From Dehalococcoidia bacterium (GTDB lineage Bacteria > Chloroflexota > Dehalococcoidia > UBA2979): a stretch of DNA of 64,000 nt. The notes under the pieces are model-generated. The model saw nothing but the letters and a program-made list of their open reading frames with translations. It did not search any database and was not told the DNA's origin. Below are positions 30,182-40,009 of the stretch, in pieces. Location: NCBI GenBank assembly GCA_029941115.1, contig JAPYRK010000002.1, positions 37,298-101,297 of the forward strand, in the 5' to 3' direction. Position numbers and translations under genes: made by a program. The first letter of the stretch is position 1; each line of letters opens with the position of its first letter.

Positions 30182-30985
30182 TTAGTAAAAAGTATTTCCT
30201 TCAGGCAAAGTTGACTCTGCACCGGTTTCCTGCCGAGTCTCATTAAGATCTGCCACTGCACGTGCACGCATGAATCCCGAATCTGTGCCAAGAGTGACCA
30301 TCTGAAAGCCCGCCTTCAACCACTTTTTAGTAAACTCAGCGCTACCCGTGTGTATACCGGGTGTGACACCATGCCTTCGGCATGCTGCATAAATTTCCAT
30401 TACTTTGGCTTCATGATTTGCATCTCGATTATCGCCGGTGGGCTCCATTCCTAGAGCATAGGCAAGATCCGAGGGTCCAATGTATGCCGCGTCCACGCCA
30501 GGAGTGGAGAGAATTTCATCCAATTTTTCCAAGGCTTCAGCGGTTTCAATCATGCAAATGACGGCGATTTCACTATTTGCTTGCTGTTGATAGTCCAGTC
30601 CACCATAAATCGCAGCACGTGTCGGACCTGATGATCTTCCTCCCTCAGGTGGATATTTCGCAGCCCAAACCGCACGTTCAGCTTCCTCTCGGTTATTAAC
30701 CAACGGGACAATCACGCCATAAGCTCCTGCGTCCAATACCTTCATTATGGTTGCGGGATCATTCCACGGAACACGAACAAAAGGAGTCGTTGCAGTAGTG
30801 GAAATTGCCCGGAACATTTCAATAGAATCCGCGTAGTCTATCGCACCATGTTGCATATCAACACAAAGCCAATCAAAGCCGACATTGGCCATAATCTCGG
30901 CACTGTGTCCATCAGGAATGGCCAACCATGCCCCAACCGTTGGTTTATCGTTTCGCCATGCTTCTAAAACTCTATTTGGCCGCAT
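30182..30985 (-). CDS. HpcH/HpaI-family class II pyruvate aldolase
   Basis: GFDWLCVDMQHG, VRVP, LDAGA.G, MIET and YIGPSDL. Confidence 0.92.
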   Translation of the reverse strand: MRPNRVLEAWRNDKPTVGAWLAIPDGHSAEIMANVGFDWLCVDMQHGAIDYADSIEMFRAISTTATTPFVRVPWNDPATIMKVLDAGAYGVIVPLVNNREEAERAVWAAKYPPEGGRSSGPTRAAIYGGLDYQQQANSEIAVICMIETAEALEKLDEILSTPGVDAAYIGPSDLAYALGMEPTGDNRDANHEAKVMEIYAACRRHGVTPGIHTGSAEFTKKWLKAGFQMVTLGTDSGFMRARAVADLNETRQETGAESTLPEGNTFY

Positions 30986-31066
30986 TTCTCACCTCACGCT
31001 ACTTAGCTCTTCACTCTATTCGTTTCAGAAAGTTAACTGATCTTCGAAGCTAATGTCTTGTAATGA

Positions 31067-32083
31067 TTAAACTAATAGTTTTTTAGGAATCACTTGATCT
31101 TTATTCGGAACGGTGGCGACGCTTGTCGGCCATCTTCCTGCGATAACCTCGGCAACAGTTTGACCTACTCGGTTCTTTATATTCGTGTTAGACCTTTCTG
31201 AGTAAAAAGCTGAATGAGGAGTCAAAACGACATTATCCATAGAAAGTAATTTCGAATCGACGCTCAGCGGCTCTGGATCAAATACATCAAGCCCAGCACC
31301 TAATATCTCTCCTGACTCGAGCGCACTGATTAGATCTTCTTGATTATGAACCGGTCCACGTGCAGTGTTTACGTATATCGCAGTTGATTTCATTCTTCTG
31401 AAAGCTTCCTCGTTCATAAGACCTCTGGTTTCATCATTCAGAGGTGTGTGCACCGTCACATGATTCGCAAGTTCTAAAAGCTCTTCCAATGAGTTCGCAC
31501 GCGTCACTTGTGTCTCAATGAACGTAGAATCCGACAAGTAGGGATCAAAAGCCATGACGTTCATTCCGATACCCTTAGCACGCGTTGCCATTTGTCGGCC
31601 AATATTGCCCAAAGCAACTATACCCAGAGTCTCCCCCGTAAGCGGAGGTGAATATCCTAGCGAAACTCCTCTGTAATTGCCCTCGCGAATCGAGCGATCG
31701 TGCGTCACAACCTTTCTAGCAACCGACAGCAACAAAAGTAACGCATGGTTAGCGACCTCTGGCTGGCAAAAATCAGGGTAATGTGCCACTATGACACCTC
31801 GTTCCGTAGCAGCTGGAATATCCACACTATCGAGCCCCACGCCATATCGAATTATTAGTTGCAGGTCGGGGCAGTGGTCCAACAGATCACCATCAATTTT
31901 TGCCCCTCCCACCAACACTGCATTCGCAGACTTTAATAGGTCCGCACGCTCTTCCTGACTTGTGGCTTTTTTGATGAGAAGAGAACCACCGGCAGACTCT
32001 ATTATTTCTCGCTCAATCCGAAAGAAACTCGGATCGTCAGATTCCGTCTGGATCGCCAAAAAATTCCCGACTTTCGAAGCCAT
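31067..32083 (-). CDS. D-isomer-specific 2-hydroxyacid dehydrogenase (CtBP/SerA-like)
   Basis: RYGVGLD, VALGNIG, HTPL..ET, VNTARG, LDVF..EP and LTPHSAFYS. Confidence 0.92.
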   Translation of the reverse strand: MASKVGNFLAIQTESDDPSFFRIEREIIESAGGSLLIKKATSQEERADLLKSANAVLVGGAKIDGDLLDHCPDLQLIIRYGVGLDSVDIPAATERGVIVAHYPDFCQPEVANHALLLLLSVARKVVTHDRSIREGNYRGVSLGYSPPLTGETLGIVALGNIGRQMATRAKGIGMNVMAFDPYLSDSTFIETQVTRANSLEELLELANHVTVHTPLNDETRGLMNEEAFRRMKSTAIYVNTARGPVHNQEDLISALESGEILGAGLDVFDPEPLSVDSKLLSMDNVVLTPHSAFYSERSNTNIKNRVGQTVAEVIAGRWPTSVATVPNKDQVIPKKLLV

Positions 32084-32230
32084 TTATATTCTCACTTTCT
32101 GGCCAAACACTATAAGGTCAGCATACAGCCATTCAGAGTCTACGCTCCCTGAAGTTAACTCTGATTTTCGTAACATATGCCATGCTACACTCGTCTTTGG
32201 CAAATATAAATACTTAGATTGGAACTTGAG

Positions 32231-33325
32231 ATGACCCAAGCACTTAGTGTAATCAAGGCAGATATCGGTGGAATGGTCGGGCATTCATCTATGCATCCGG
32301 ATATTCTCGCTCATGGTCGAGAACAAATTGAGCAAGCTGTCCAAAATGGCCTTTTAATTGATGGACAAGCACATGCATGTGGTGACGATCTGTTCCTAAT
32401 TATGTCGCATGATAGAGGTCAGGATGACGAAACACTCCACAAATTCGCCTGGGATACTTTTCAGTCTGGAACTGACGTCGCGCGAAAACTTCATCTCTAC
32501 GGTGCGGGACAAGATCTGCTCGTAGATGCCTTTAGTGGCAACATTCGAGGAGCCGGTCCCGGCTCAGCTGAACTAGAATTCGTCGAACGACCGTCAGAGC
32601 CGGTTATTGTATTCATGGGCGACAAAACATCTGCGGGATCGTTCAACCTACCATTCTACAAAATGTTTGCTGATCCTTTTAACACAGCGGGACTCGTTAT
32701 AGCTGAAAGTCTGCATGACGGATTCGCGTTCGAGGTGCATGACATAGCTAATAACAAAAAAGCCGTGTTCCAATCTCCCGAAGAAATATACGACTTACTC
32801 GTGTTCATCGGCTCACCGGCACATTATGCCGTGAAACGAATTGTAGCCAGATCAACCGGCGAAGTTGCCGGCGTATCCTCCACTGATAAACTCTCGCTAA
32901 TTGCGGGAAGGTATGTGGGTAAAGATGATCCGACCGCTATAGTTCGATGCCAGGGCGCCTTTCCAGCAGTTGGAGAAGTCCTAGAAGCATTTACTACGCC
33001 ATGGATAGTCGAAGGTTTTATGCGTGGTTCCCACTATGGACCCTGGATGCCCGTATCACTTGAAAATGCAAATCCTTCAAGATTCGACGGGCCACCTAGA
33101 ATAGTTGCGCTAGGTTTTCAACTTGCTGACGGTAAACTCGTTGGACCGCGAGATATGTTTGATGATCCTTCATTCGATCCTGCACGGGCCGAAGCCAATG
33201 TTATTTCCGATATCCTTCGAAAACACGGTCCGTTCGAGCCACATCGGCTACCACTGGATGAGATGGAATATACAACAATGCCCGCTGTTGCGGCGAAGAT
33301 GGCAGATAGATGGACTGAGATCTAG
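32231..33325 (+). CDS. fbp: Bifunctional fructose-1,6-bisphosphate aldolase/phosphatase (class V FBPase)
   Basis: SVIKADIGG..GH, GDD, LYGAGQDLL, YVGKDDP (Schiff-base Lys), MRGSH, RFDGPPR and HGPFEPHRLP..MEYT. Confidence 0.95.
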   Translation: MTQALSVIKADIGGMVGHSSMHPDILAHGREQIEQAVQNGLLIDGQAHACGDDLFLIMSHDRGQDDETLHKFAWDTFQSGTDVARKLHLYGAGQDLLVDAFSGNIRGAGPGSAELEFVERPSEPVIVFMGDKTSAGSFNLPFYKMFADPFNTAGLVIAESLHDGFAFEVHDIANNKKAVFQSPEEIYDLLVFIGSPAHYAVKRIVARSTGEVAGVSSTDKLSLIAGRYVGKDDPTAIVRCQGAFPAVGEVLEAFTTPWIVEGFMRGSHYGPWMPVSLENANPSRFDGPPRIVALGFQLADGKLVGPRDMFDDPSFDPARAEANVISDILRKHGPFEPHRLPLDEMEYTTMPAVAAKMADRWTEI

Positions 33326-33358
33326 GCGATTTACTCACCCACGAATTGCAAATTCAAT

Positions 33359-33970
33359 ATGATAATTCCTAAGCTCGTTGTTGCGACCACTAATGCAGGA
33401 AAGCTTAAAGAATTCAAAGAAATTCTGGGCGACTCGTTATTTCAGGTGATCAGTCCAAGGGAACTAGAGATTGAGTCCCCAGACATCATTGAAACCGGTA
33501 GATCCTATGCAGGTAATGCACTAGCAAAGGCTACAGCTATGTCCAAGCTCACCGGCCTAGCCACAATTGCCGACGACAGTGGCCTAGAAATCGACGCTCT
33601 CAATGGCGCACCGGGACCTGTTTCTGCGCGCTATGGGATGAATTTGTACAACAAAAGCATTAAGAATGACGAAGACCGCAATATGTTAATCTTGGAGCGG
33701 TTAAGAGATATACCGATTTCTGGTCGTTCGGCCCGATTTCGTACCTGTATAGCTCTAGTCTTGCCAGGAAATCTTCCCACTACTCGAGAGGGACTATGTG
33801 AAGGAAGAATTGCACTCGAGCCCCAGGGCGGAAATGGTTTTGGATATGACCCGATATTTCTAATCCGTGATGGTCGCTCATTCGCGGAGCTGGGATCTTA
33901 TAAAAATGAGATATCGCATCGGGCCAAAGCGCTCTTCGCCATCCGATCAGTGCTTGAAAAATTTAACTGA
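33359..33970 (+). CDS. rdgB: dITP/XTP pyrophosphatase (RdgB/HAM1)
   Basis: ATTNAGKLKE, ADDSGL, GFGYDPIF and KNEISHR. Confidence 0.95.
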   Translation: MIIPKLVVATTNAGKLKEFKEILGDSLFQVISPRELEIESPDIIETGRSYAGNALAKATAMSKLTGLATIADDSGLEIDALNGAPGPVSARYGMNLYNKSIKNDEDRNMLILERLRDIPISGRSARFRTCIALVLPGNLPTTREGLCEGRIALEPQGGNGFGYDPIFLIRDGRSFAELGSYKNEISHRAKALFAIRSVLEKFN

Positions 33971-33979
33971 GAGGTATTA

Positions 33980-34774
33980 ATGGAAAATCATCTCGACTTA
34001 ATGTTTCAAGAATTAGAGAAAGATAAAAAAACGGCCATGATTCCATTTTTACCGGCTGGCTGGCCGGAGCTCGATTCCACTACAAAAATAGTTGATGCCG
34101 CAGTCCGTGGAGGCGCAAATGCAGTGGAGCTAGGCTGGGCTTTCAGTGATCCTCTTGGAGATGGACCAGTCAATCAAGTTGCTTATAACCGCGCAATACG
34201 AAACGGCAGTAGCGGCTCGAGCATACTCCAAAATGTCTCTGAAATAAGAAACAAACACAGCCGTTTACCAATAATTGTGATGGGCTATGCTAATCCCCTT
34301 CTATCCTACGGTGTTGAAAAATGGGCATCTGACGCTAAGGCGGCGGGTGTAGACGGTTTAATTTGTGTTGATCTGCCGCCGCAAGAAGCGATCGAAATTT
34401 CCGGTGTCTTAAAGCAGTCAAACATACACCCAATATTTCTTCTGGCACCAACTTCCACTGATGAACGAATTGAGCTAATAGCTTCATATGGAACAGGTAT
34501 GATCTACTGTGTATCTGTAGTGGGAATAACCGGTGCACGTAGGGCTTTATCTTCTGAACTGCCAGAGTTTATAAAACGAGTTAAAGAAAAAACCAACGTT
34601 CCACTTGCTGTTGGATTTGGGATATCGGATGCCGATCATGTTGTTTCAGTAGGAAACATTGCTGAAGCGGCGGTAGTAGGAAGTGCATTTGTTGAAGCGA
34701 TATCGAACGCACAAGATAATGATTATGAAGCAGCAGCTGAAAAATTCATAACAGCGCTAGTGAACGGAGGGTAG
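33980..34774 (+). CDS. trpA: Tryptophan synthase alpha chain
   Basis: ELG..FSDPLGDGPV.Q, MGYANP, DLP, LAPTS, GITG and VGFGIS. Confidence 0.93.
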   Translation: MENHLDLMFQELEKDKKTAMIPFLPAGWPELDSTTKIVDAAVRGGANAVELGWAFSDPLGDGPVNQVAYNRAIRNGSSGSSILQNVSEIRNKHSRLPIIVMGYANPLLSYGVEKWASDAKAAGVDGLICVDLPPQEAIEISGVLKQSNIHPIFLLAPTSTDERIELIASYGTGMIYCVSVVGITGARRALSSELPEFIKRVKEKTNVPLAVGFGISDADHVVSVGNIAEAAVVGSAFVEAISNAQDNDYEAAAEKFITALVNGG

Positions 34775-34776
34775 TC

Positions 34777-35142
34777 ATGAGAGTAAGAGGTGTAAGGGGC
34801 GCAACTACAACATCGTCTAATACCCAGGAAGAAATTCTTCAAGCATCTCAAGAACTCTTGACTGAACTAGTGAATAGAAACGGAATAGAAATCGACGATG
34901 TTGCCTCGATTTTCTTTTCTACAACTCCCGACTTAAATGCTGAATTTCCTGCGGTTGCCGCACGAAAGATAGGTTTTACAAACGCAGCGCTTGAATGCCT
35001 AGTCGAACTGAATGTCAAGGGATCACTGCAAAAATGCATTCGCATACTAATGCATATTAATACCAACTTATCTCAGCAAGAAATACAACATGTTTACCTA
35101 AGAGATGCCAAATCGCTGCGCGTCGACTTATCGGAGAAATAA
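34777..35142 (+). CDS. aroH: Chorismate mutase, AroH type
   Basis: RGVRGATT, DLNAEFPAVAAR, CIRIL and HVYL..A.SLR.DL. Confidence 0.95.
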   Translation: MRVRGVRGATTTSSNTQEEILQASQELLTELVNRNGIEIDDVASIFFSTTPDLNAEFPAVAARKIGFTNAALECLVELNVKGSLQKCIRILMHINTNLSQQEIQHVYLRDAKSLRVDLSEK

Positions 35143-35160
35143 TCTGATTGTCAGTGAATT

Positions 35161-35949
35161 ATGGTAGATAACAAAACAAACCATATCGAGAATTCGCAGA
35201 ATTCGTTGGAAACAAGAAATCTCTTTCTAATAAACAGTGATGGGTATAGTGGTCCCCTCAACGCACTTTTAGAAATTGTTGAACACCACGAACTAGATAT
35301 CAATATTGTCTCCCTAGCATCAGTCGCATCACAGTTCGTGGAGTATGTATCGCAAGTCAAAAACAAAGGCGAAATATCAGTAGAACAAATATCTCAATAC
35401 GTACTGATTGCATCCCGCCTTTTACTGCTTAAGTCCCGCTCACTTCTCCCAGAAGTTGAGCAAGAGGAGCAAGAGGAGGAAGCCCCAGATATATTAGCTC
35501 TAATTGACGCTTTGAAAGAGTACCGAAAATTTGCTCAAGCTGCCGATCTATTGAGTAATAAGGAGGGTTCTGTCAGCTATCCACGGTCTCCTAAACCAAT
35601 TATTAATTCATCAAAATTAGAAATTCCAACAGGGTTAGATGGGATTACTCTGCAATCACTTGTAGAGATCATTGGAGATGTACTGGAGCGTCTACCTGAG
35701 GAGGAGGATTCTCTAGAACTTGAACGTGAACCTATTATCCTTGCTGACAGAATAAATCGAATTGAAAAATTATTCGACGATTCTATGACATCCAAAATCT
35801 CATTCCGATCGATAATTGAATCTGCCTCAACACGAGCGGAAGTCATCGTAGATTTTCTGGCGGTGTTGGAACTGATTAAATCCCAAACAATCAAGGCAGG
35901 TCAATCCGAGAGATTTGGTGAAATATATCTAGAGAGGTTGTCCACATAG
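35161..35949 (+). CDS. scpA: SMC-Scp kleisin ScpA
   Basis: YSGPL..LL, LLLLKSRSLLP and C-terminal FLAVLELIK..Q.E.FGEI. Confidence 0.9.
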   Translation: MVDNKTNHIENSQNSLETRNLFLINSDGYSGPLNALLEIVEHHELDINIVSLASVASQFVEYVSQVKNKGEISVEQISQYVLIASRLLLLKSRSLLPEVEQEEQEEEAPDILALIDALKEYRKFAQAADLLSNKEGSVSYPRSPKPIINSSKLEIPTGLDGITLQSLVEIIGDVLERLPEEEDSLELEREPIILADRINRIEKLFDDSMTSKISFRSIIESASTRAEVIVDFLAVLELIKSQTIKAGQSERFGEIYLERLST

Positions 35950-36044
35950 GCCGTTTAATTCTTTATGTGTAACTTGCCACAATTAGCCTTTGGCACTTTA
36001 TCAGAAGCTTATGGAAGATTAATATCAAACATCCAAACTGATTT

Positions 36045-36998
36045 GTGGGAAGATTAGGAAATTCTGTGTTGAAAACTCGCAAAGAGTTAAACAAAACCGT
36101 AACGGCTGGGAAGCACGCTATCTCTATCGGTATATTTGATGGTGTTCATAGAGGCCATTTAGCACTAGTCGATAAAATGCTAACTGAAGGAAAGGCACGA
36201 GGTCTAACAGGCGGTGTCGTAACCTTCTACCCTCACCCCGTCGCTGTAATACGGCCGGATATTGAATTCACCTACCTGACATCGTTACAAAATCGAATTG
36301 ACCTGATCCAGAACGCTGGTGTCGAGTTCGTTTCTGTACTCGAGTTCGACGATCAACTGCAGCAGGTATCAGCTAGAACTTTTTGTGAAATGCTAATCGA
36401 GGAGGTCCAAATGGAACTCCTTGTTGTGGGAGACGATTTTAGGCTGGGACGAAATGGCGAAGGTGATATTAAAATTTTAAGAAATATTGGATTAGAACTC
36501 GGGTTTGAGGTCATTAACGTTCCACTTGTTCGAGAAAGCACCTCCAAAGTTTCATCTACCCGTATTCGCGAAGCGCTTTCGTCTGGTTCTATGGAGGAGG
36601 TCGGTTCACTGATGGGACATCGGTATCAACTCGACGGTCCAGTCATTCAGGGAGATCAAAGGGGACGAACTATTGGATTTCCCACCTTGAACGTAGATAT
36701 AGCGGCAGACCGATCGATCCCCCCCAACGGGGTTTACATAACAGAAACATTTATCAAAGGTAAAAAACTAGCGTCCATCACCAACATCGGATCACGACCA
36801 ACTTTTACGATAGAATCCAAGAATCACCTTGAAACTCATCTCTTCGACTTTAATGAAGATGTCTATGGTGAGCATGCCACCGTCGAATTCATTTCACGCC
36901 TAAGAGATGAAAAAAAATTCAACTCTGGAGATGAGCTAGTCCTGCAAATCAAAAATGATGTAAAAAAAGCGCTGGACTACTTTAGTAATATTGGGTAG
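36045..36998 (+). CDS. ribF: Riboflavin kinase/FAD synthetase
   Basis: IGIFDGVHRGH, FYPHP, SSTRIR, GRTIGFPTLN, GSRPT and ETHL; true start is probably slightly downstream. Confidence 0.95.
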   Translation: MGRLGNSVLKTRKELNKTVTAGKHAISIGIFDGVHRGHLALVDKMLTEGKARGLTGGVVTFYPHPVAVIRPDIEFTYLTSLQNRIDLIQNAGVEFVSVLEFDDQLQQVSARTFCEMLIEEVQMELLVVGDDFRLGRNGEGDIKILRNIGLELGFEVINVPLVRESTSKVSSTRIREALSSGSMEEVGSLMGHRYQLDGPVIQGDQRGRTIGFPTLNVDIAADRSIPPNGVYITETFIKGKKLASITNIGSRPTFTIESKNHLETHLFDFNEDVYGEHATVEFISRLRDEKKFNSGDELVLQIKNDVKKALDYFSNIG

Positions 36999-37005
36999 GG
37001 ATTTC

Positions 37006-38232
37006 ATGAACAAACCTAGAACCATGGCTCCGGTATCTGACCAGCTAACTATCTTGATGGATGGTGTCGATCTAGGTTCAGCGACTTTGCAAAATGCTAT
37101 GGAAAGCGAACTAATAGCTCTACTCGAAGAGGATCGCCCACTCACAGTATATTGTGGGTATGACCCAACAGCGACTGATCTCCATTTAGGTCATATTCCA
37201 ACCATGGTTAAACTTCGTCAATTTCAGAATTTTGGTCACCGAGTGATATTTCTTATAGGTTCCTTCACCGCTCAGGTTGGAGATCCAACTGGAAAGCAAT
37301 CAACTCGTCCTATGCTGGATGAGGAGGCTGTTCAGGCCTTCAGTCAGTCCTATATTGACCAGGCCTTCATAATTCTTGATGCTGAAAAAACGGAAGTTCT
37401 CTACAATCACGAATGGCTTGCTCCCCTAAACTTTGCTGATGTCATAAAACTAGCGGCTGAGTTCTCGGTAGGACACTTTCTGCAACACAGTACATTTCGG
37501 GATCGAATACAAAAGGGTGACTCAATTAGACTTAGTGAGTTTATGTACGCTATCCTCCAAGCTTATGATGCTCTGCACATGAAAACTGATATCCAAATAG
37601 GTGGAAGTGACCAAATATTCAATATCGTGGATGTCGGTAGAACCCTCCAAACATCAAGAGGACAAAAGCCTCAAGTCGCTCTGACTCTGCCAATATTAGT
37701 TGGAACGGACGGCAGAGAAAAAATGTCAAAATCACTTGGTAATACCATTGGATTGCAGGATGCACCTAATGACATGTTCGGCAAAGTCATGTCTCTCCCC
37801 GATCAAGCGCTAGATCAATATGCTCGCCTCGTAACAAATTTACATCCGACGGAAGTTAACACACTTCTTAAGAATATTGAAGAAAAAAAAGTAAGCCCAA
37901 TTGAGGCTAAGAAAAAAGTAGCCGCAGAAGTAGTGAAACTTATTTATTCCTTCGACGAAGCAATAGCTGCCGAGAAATACTTTGAGAACACTTTCCAAAA
38001 AAAACAGGAGCCTATCGATGATGCTCCTGAGTACGTGTTATCTGAGGACAAGAGGCTGATTAGTGTAATTATGGAAAGTATGAATTACAGCGGCGGCGAG
38101 GCGAGGCGCATAGTGAACCAAGGTGCGGTCAAGATAAATGACCAGAAAGCCCAAGACATAAATTTTATCCTCTCGGATGGCGATTTCATAAAAATAGGCC
38201 GTCACACGTTTTTTCGCATTAGAGAAAATTAA
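37006..38232 (+). CDS. tyrS: Tyrosyl-tRNA synthetase
   Basis: GYDPT..DLHLGH, GDPTG, QAYD, GGSDQ, KMSKS and C-terminal S4 domain. Confidence 0.95.
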   Translation: MNKPRTMAPVSDQLTILMDGVDLGSATLQNAMESELIALLEEDRPLTVYCGYDPTATDLHLGHIPTMVKLRQFQNFGHRVIFLIGSFTAQVGDPTGKQSTRPMLDEEAVQAFSQSYIDQAFIILDAEKTEVLYNHEWLAPLNFADVIKLAAEFSVGHFLQHSTFRDRIQKGDSIRLSEFMYAILQAYDALHMKTDIQIGGSDQIFNIVDVGRTLQTSRGQKPQVALTLPILVGTDGREKMSKSLGNTIGLQDAPNDMFGKVMSLPDQALDQYARLVTNLHPTEVNTLLKNIEEKKVSPIEAKKKVAAEVVKLIYSFDEAIAAEKYFENTFQKKQEPIDDAPEYVLSEDKRLISVIMESMNYSGGEARRIVNQGAVKINDQKAQDINFILSDGDFIKIGRHTFFRIREN

Positions 38233-38242
38233 TATGACTAAA

Positions 38243-39940
38243 TTAGTTACTGCTGCGGACTTGCAAATCAATAATCTCTAGCTCCAAAGAAGACCCATAT
38301 AATCGACCGTACGTTGCCACATTCCTCTTAAATCTATACGCCAAATCAAAACGCTGTCCTCCAAAAGTGGAATATTCTCCAAAGCCCCAACCAATAGCCT
38401 GCCACGTTTGACTACCATTAGTGAATGTGGCTCGGAGGTGGCTGGAATTCTTACCGATCGCCCTAGAATCACTCATCAAGACATCTGGCGCAAAAAATAC
38501 CGGCTTATTATTTCCGATTCCATGCGGTTCAAATAGCGCTAAATATTGTAGAAATTTATCATCAATCAAATCAAATGGAAGATTGAGATCAAGCGTCAAA
38601 TTTCGAGCCTCTAAGTCACCTGGCTCTGAAAATAATTCGAGTGCGTACAATCTCTCGTCCAAGGCCATCAGTTTTGATTTCTCTATCGAAAAACCTGCTG
38701 CAGCTCGATGTCCACCGAACTTTAGCAGTAAATCTGACACTTCCCGCAGTGGTCTCAGTATGTCAAATCCATCTATCGACCTGCATGAAGCTCGAGCCTC
38801 GTCACCTGAAGTGTCAATAACTATTGCTGGTCTGTTGTACACATCCGCTATGCGTGAGGCACACAGGCCTATGATGCCAGCGCCAATATAATCTGACGCC
38901 ACAACTAAAATTTCAGGGATTTCCTCCCGATATTTGGCTCGGATAATATCATCACTAATTGCCACCGCAGCCTCAGTTTCTTTTCTACGAAATTTATTAA
39001 GATCATCCAACCGTCTTGCCAGTATGTGAGAGTTATCCGAGTTCGTAGAAATTAATAGATCAAATGCCAGATCTGCGTGCGCCATTCTGCCAGCAGCATT
39101 CAATCGAGGACCGAGAATCCAGCCAATACTTTCCGCATCAATGTCGGCTTCGGCTAAACCGGCAACTTCACAAAGAGCCTTGATACCAGATCTTGAAGTC
39201 CTCCGAAGTGCACTTATACCCAACCTAACAAGATCACGACTCTCTCCTCGTAAGGGAGCCATATCACAGACCATCCCTAAGCCCACTAAATCAAGGAATC
39301 TGTCCGCATCAAACATCACCTGCATCTCACTGAACAACACTTCCATCACTTTATACGCAACACCGACTGCCGCCGGCTCTGAACCATACGAATTATCAAA
39401 AAGTAGCGGATTAACTATTGCGTAAGCTTCAGGCAGCTCATTAGGAATCGCGTGATGATCGATTACCACAACATCCATATCTAGGCCGTTAGCTTCTTGA
39501 ACCTCTGTTACAGCGGATGTACCTGTATCTGCAGTCACCAGAAGACTTGTACCCATATCTGCAATCCGACGGACTGACCGAGAGTTCGGTCCATACCCAT
39601 CGATATTCCTATCGGGAATATAGGATTCCACGTGGGCCCCGAGCTCCCGTAAACCCTCCACAAGAAGAACTGATGACGTCACTCCATCAACATCATAATC
39701 TCCAAAAACCACGACATTTTCGGAATTCTTACAGGCCTGCATAAGCCGTTCAACTGCAGGGCGTAAATTCGGCATTAAATCAGGATCTGTAAGTATTTTA
39801 GGTGAACCCAAGAAAATACGAGCCTTCTGAGTCGTATCAATATCACGCAACATCAACAACTTTCTTATCGATACAGGTAAGTCAGGACCTGCATCCTCAA
39901 AACCGCTAAGGTCTGGCTCCGGTGTTATAATCCAGTCCAA
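38243..39940 (-). CDS. recJ: Single-stranded-DNA exonuclease RecJ
   Basis: GDYDVDG, DHH, GPRLNAAGR, SCRS, GGH.AAAG and EPHG.GN. Confidence 0.95.
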   Translation of the reverse strand: MDWIITPEPDLSGFEDAGPDLPVSIRKLLMLRDIDTTQKARIFLGSPKILTDPDLMPNLRPAVERLMQACKNSENVVVFGDYDVDGVTSSVLLVEGLRELGAHVESYIPDRNIDGYGPNSRSVRRIADMGTSLLVTADTGTSAVTEVQEANGLDMDVVVIDHHAIPNELPEAYAIVNPLLFDNSYGSEPAAVGVAYKVMEVLFSEMQVMFDADRFLDLVGLGMVCDMAPLRGESRDLVRLGISALRRTSRSGIKALCEVAGLAEADIDAESIGWILGPRLNAAGRMAHADLAFDLLISTNSDNSHILARRLDDLNKFRRKETEAAVAISDDIIRAKYREEIPEILVVASDYIGAGIIGLCASRIADVYNRPAIVIDTSGDEARASCRSIDGFDILRPLREVSDLLLKFGGHRAAAGFSIEKSKLMALDERLYALELFSEPGDLEARNLTLDLNLPFDLIDDKFLQYLALFEPHGIGNNKPVFFAPDVLMSDSRAIGKNSSHLRATFTNGSQTWQAIGWGFGEYSTFGGQRFDLAYRFKRNVATYGRLYGSSLELEIIDLQVRSSN

Positions 39941-40009
39941 ATTTTACTCTCAACTTACTAGCAGTTGACTCGACTAAACAGCGAGACAAGTGTTGACGCT
40001 AATTATCCA

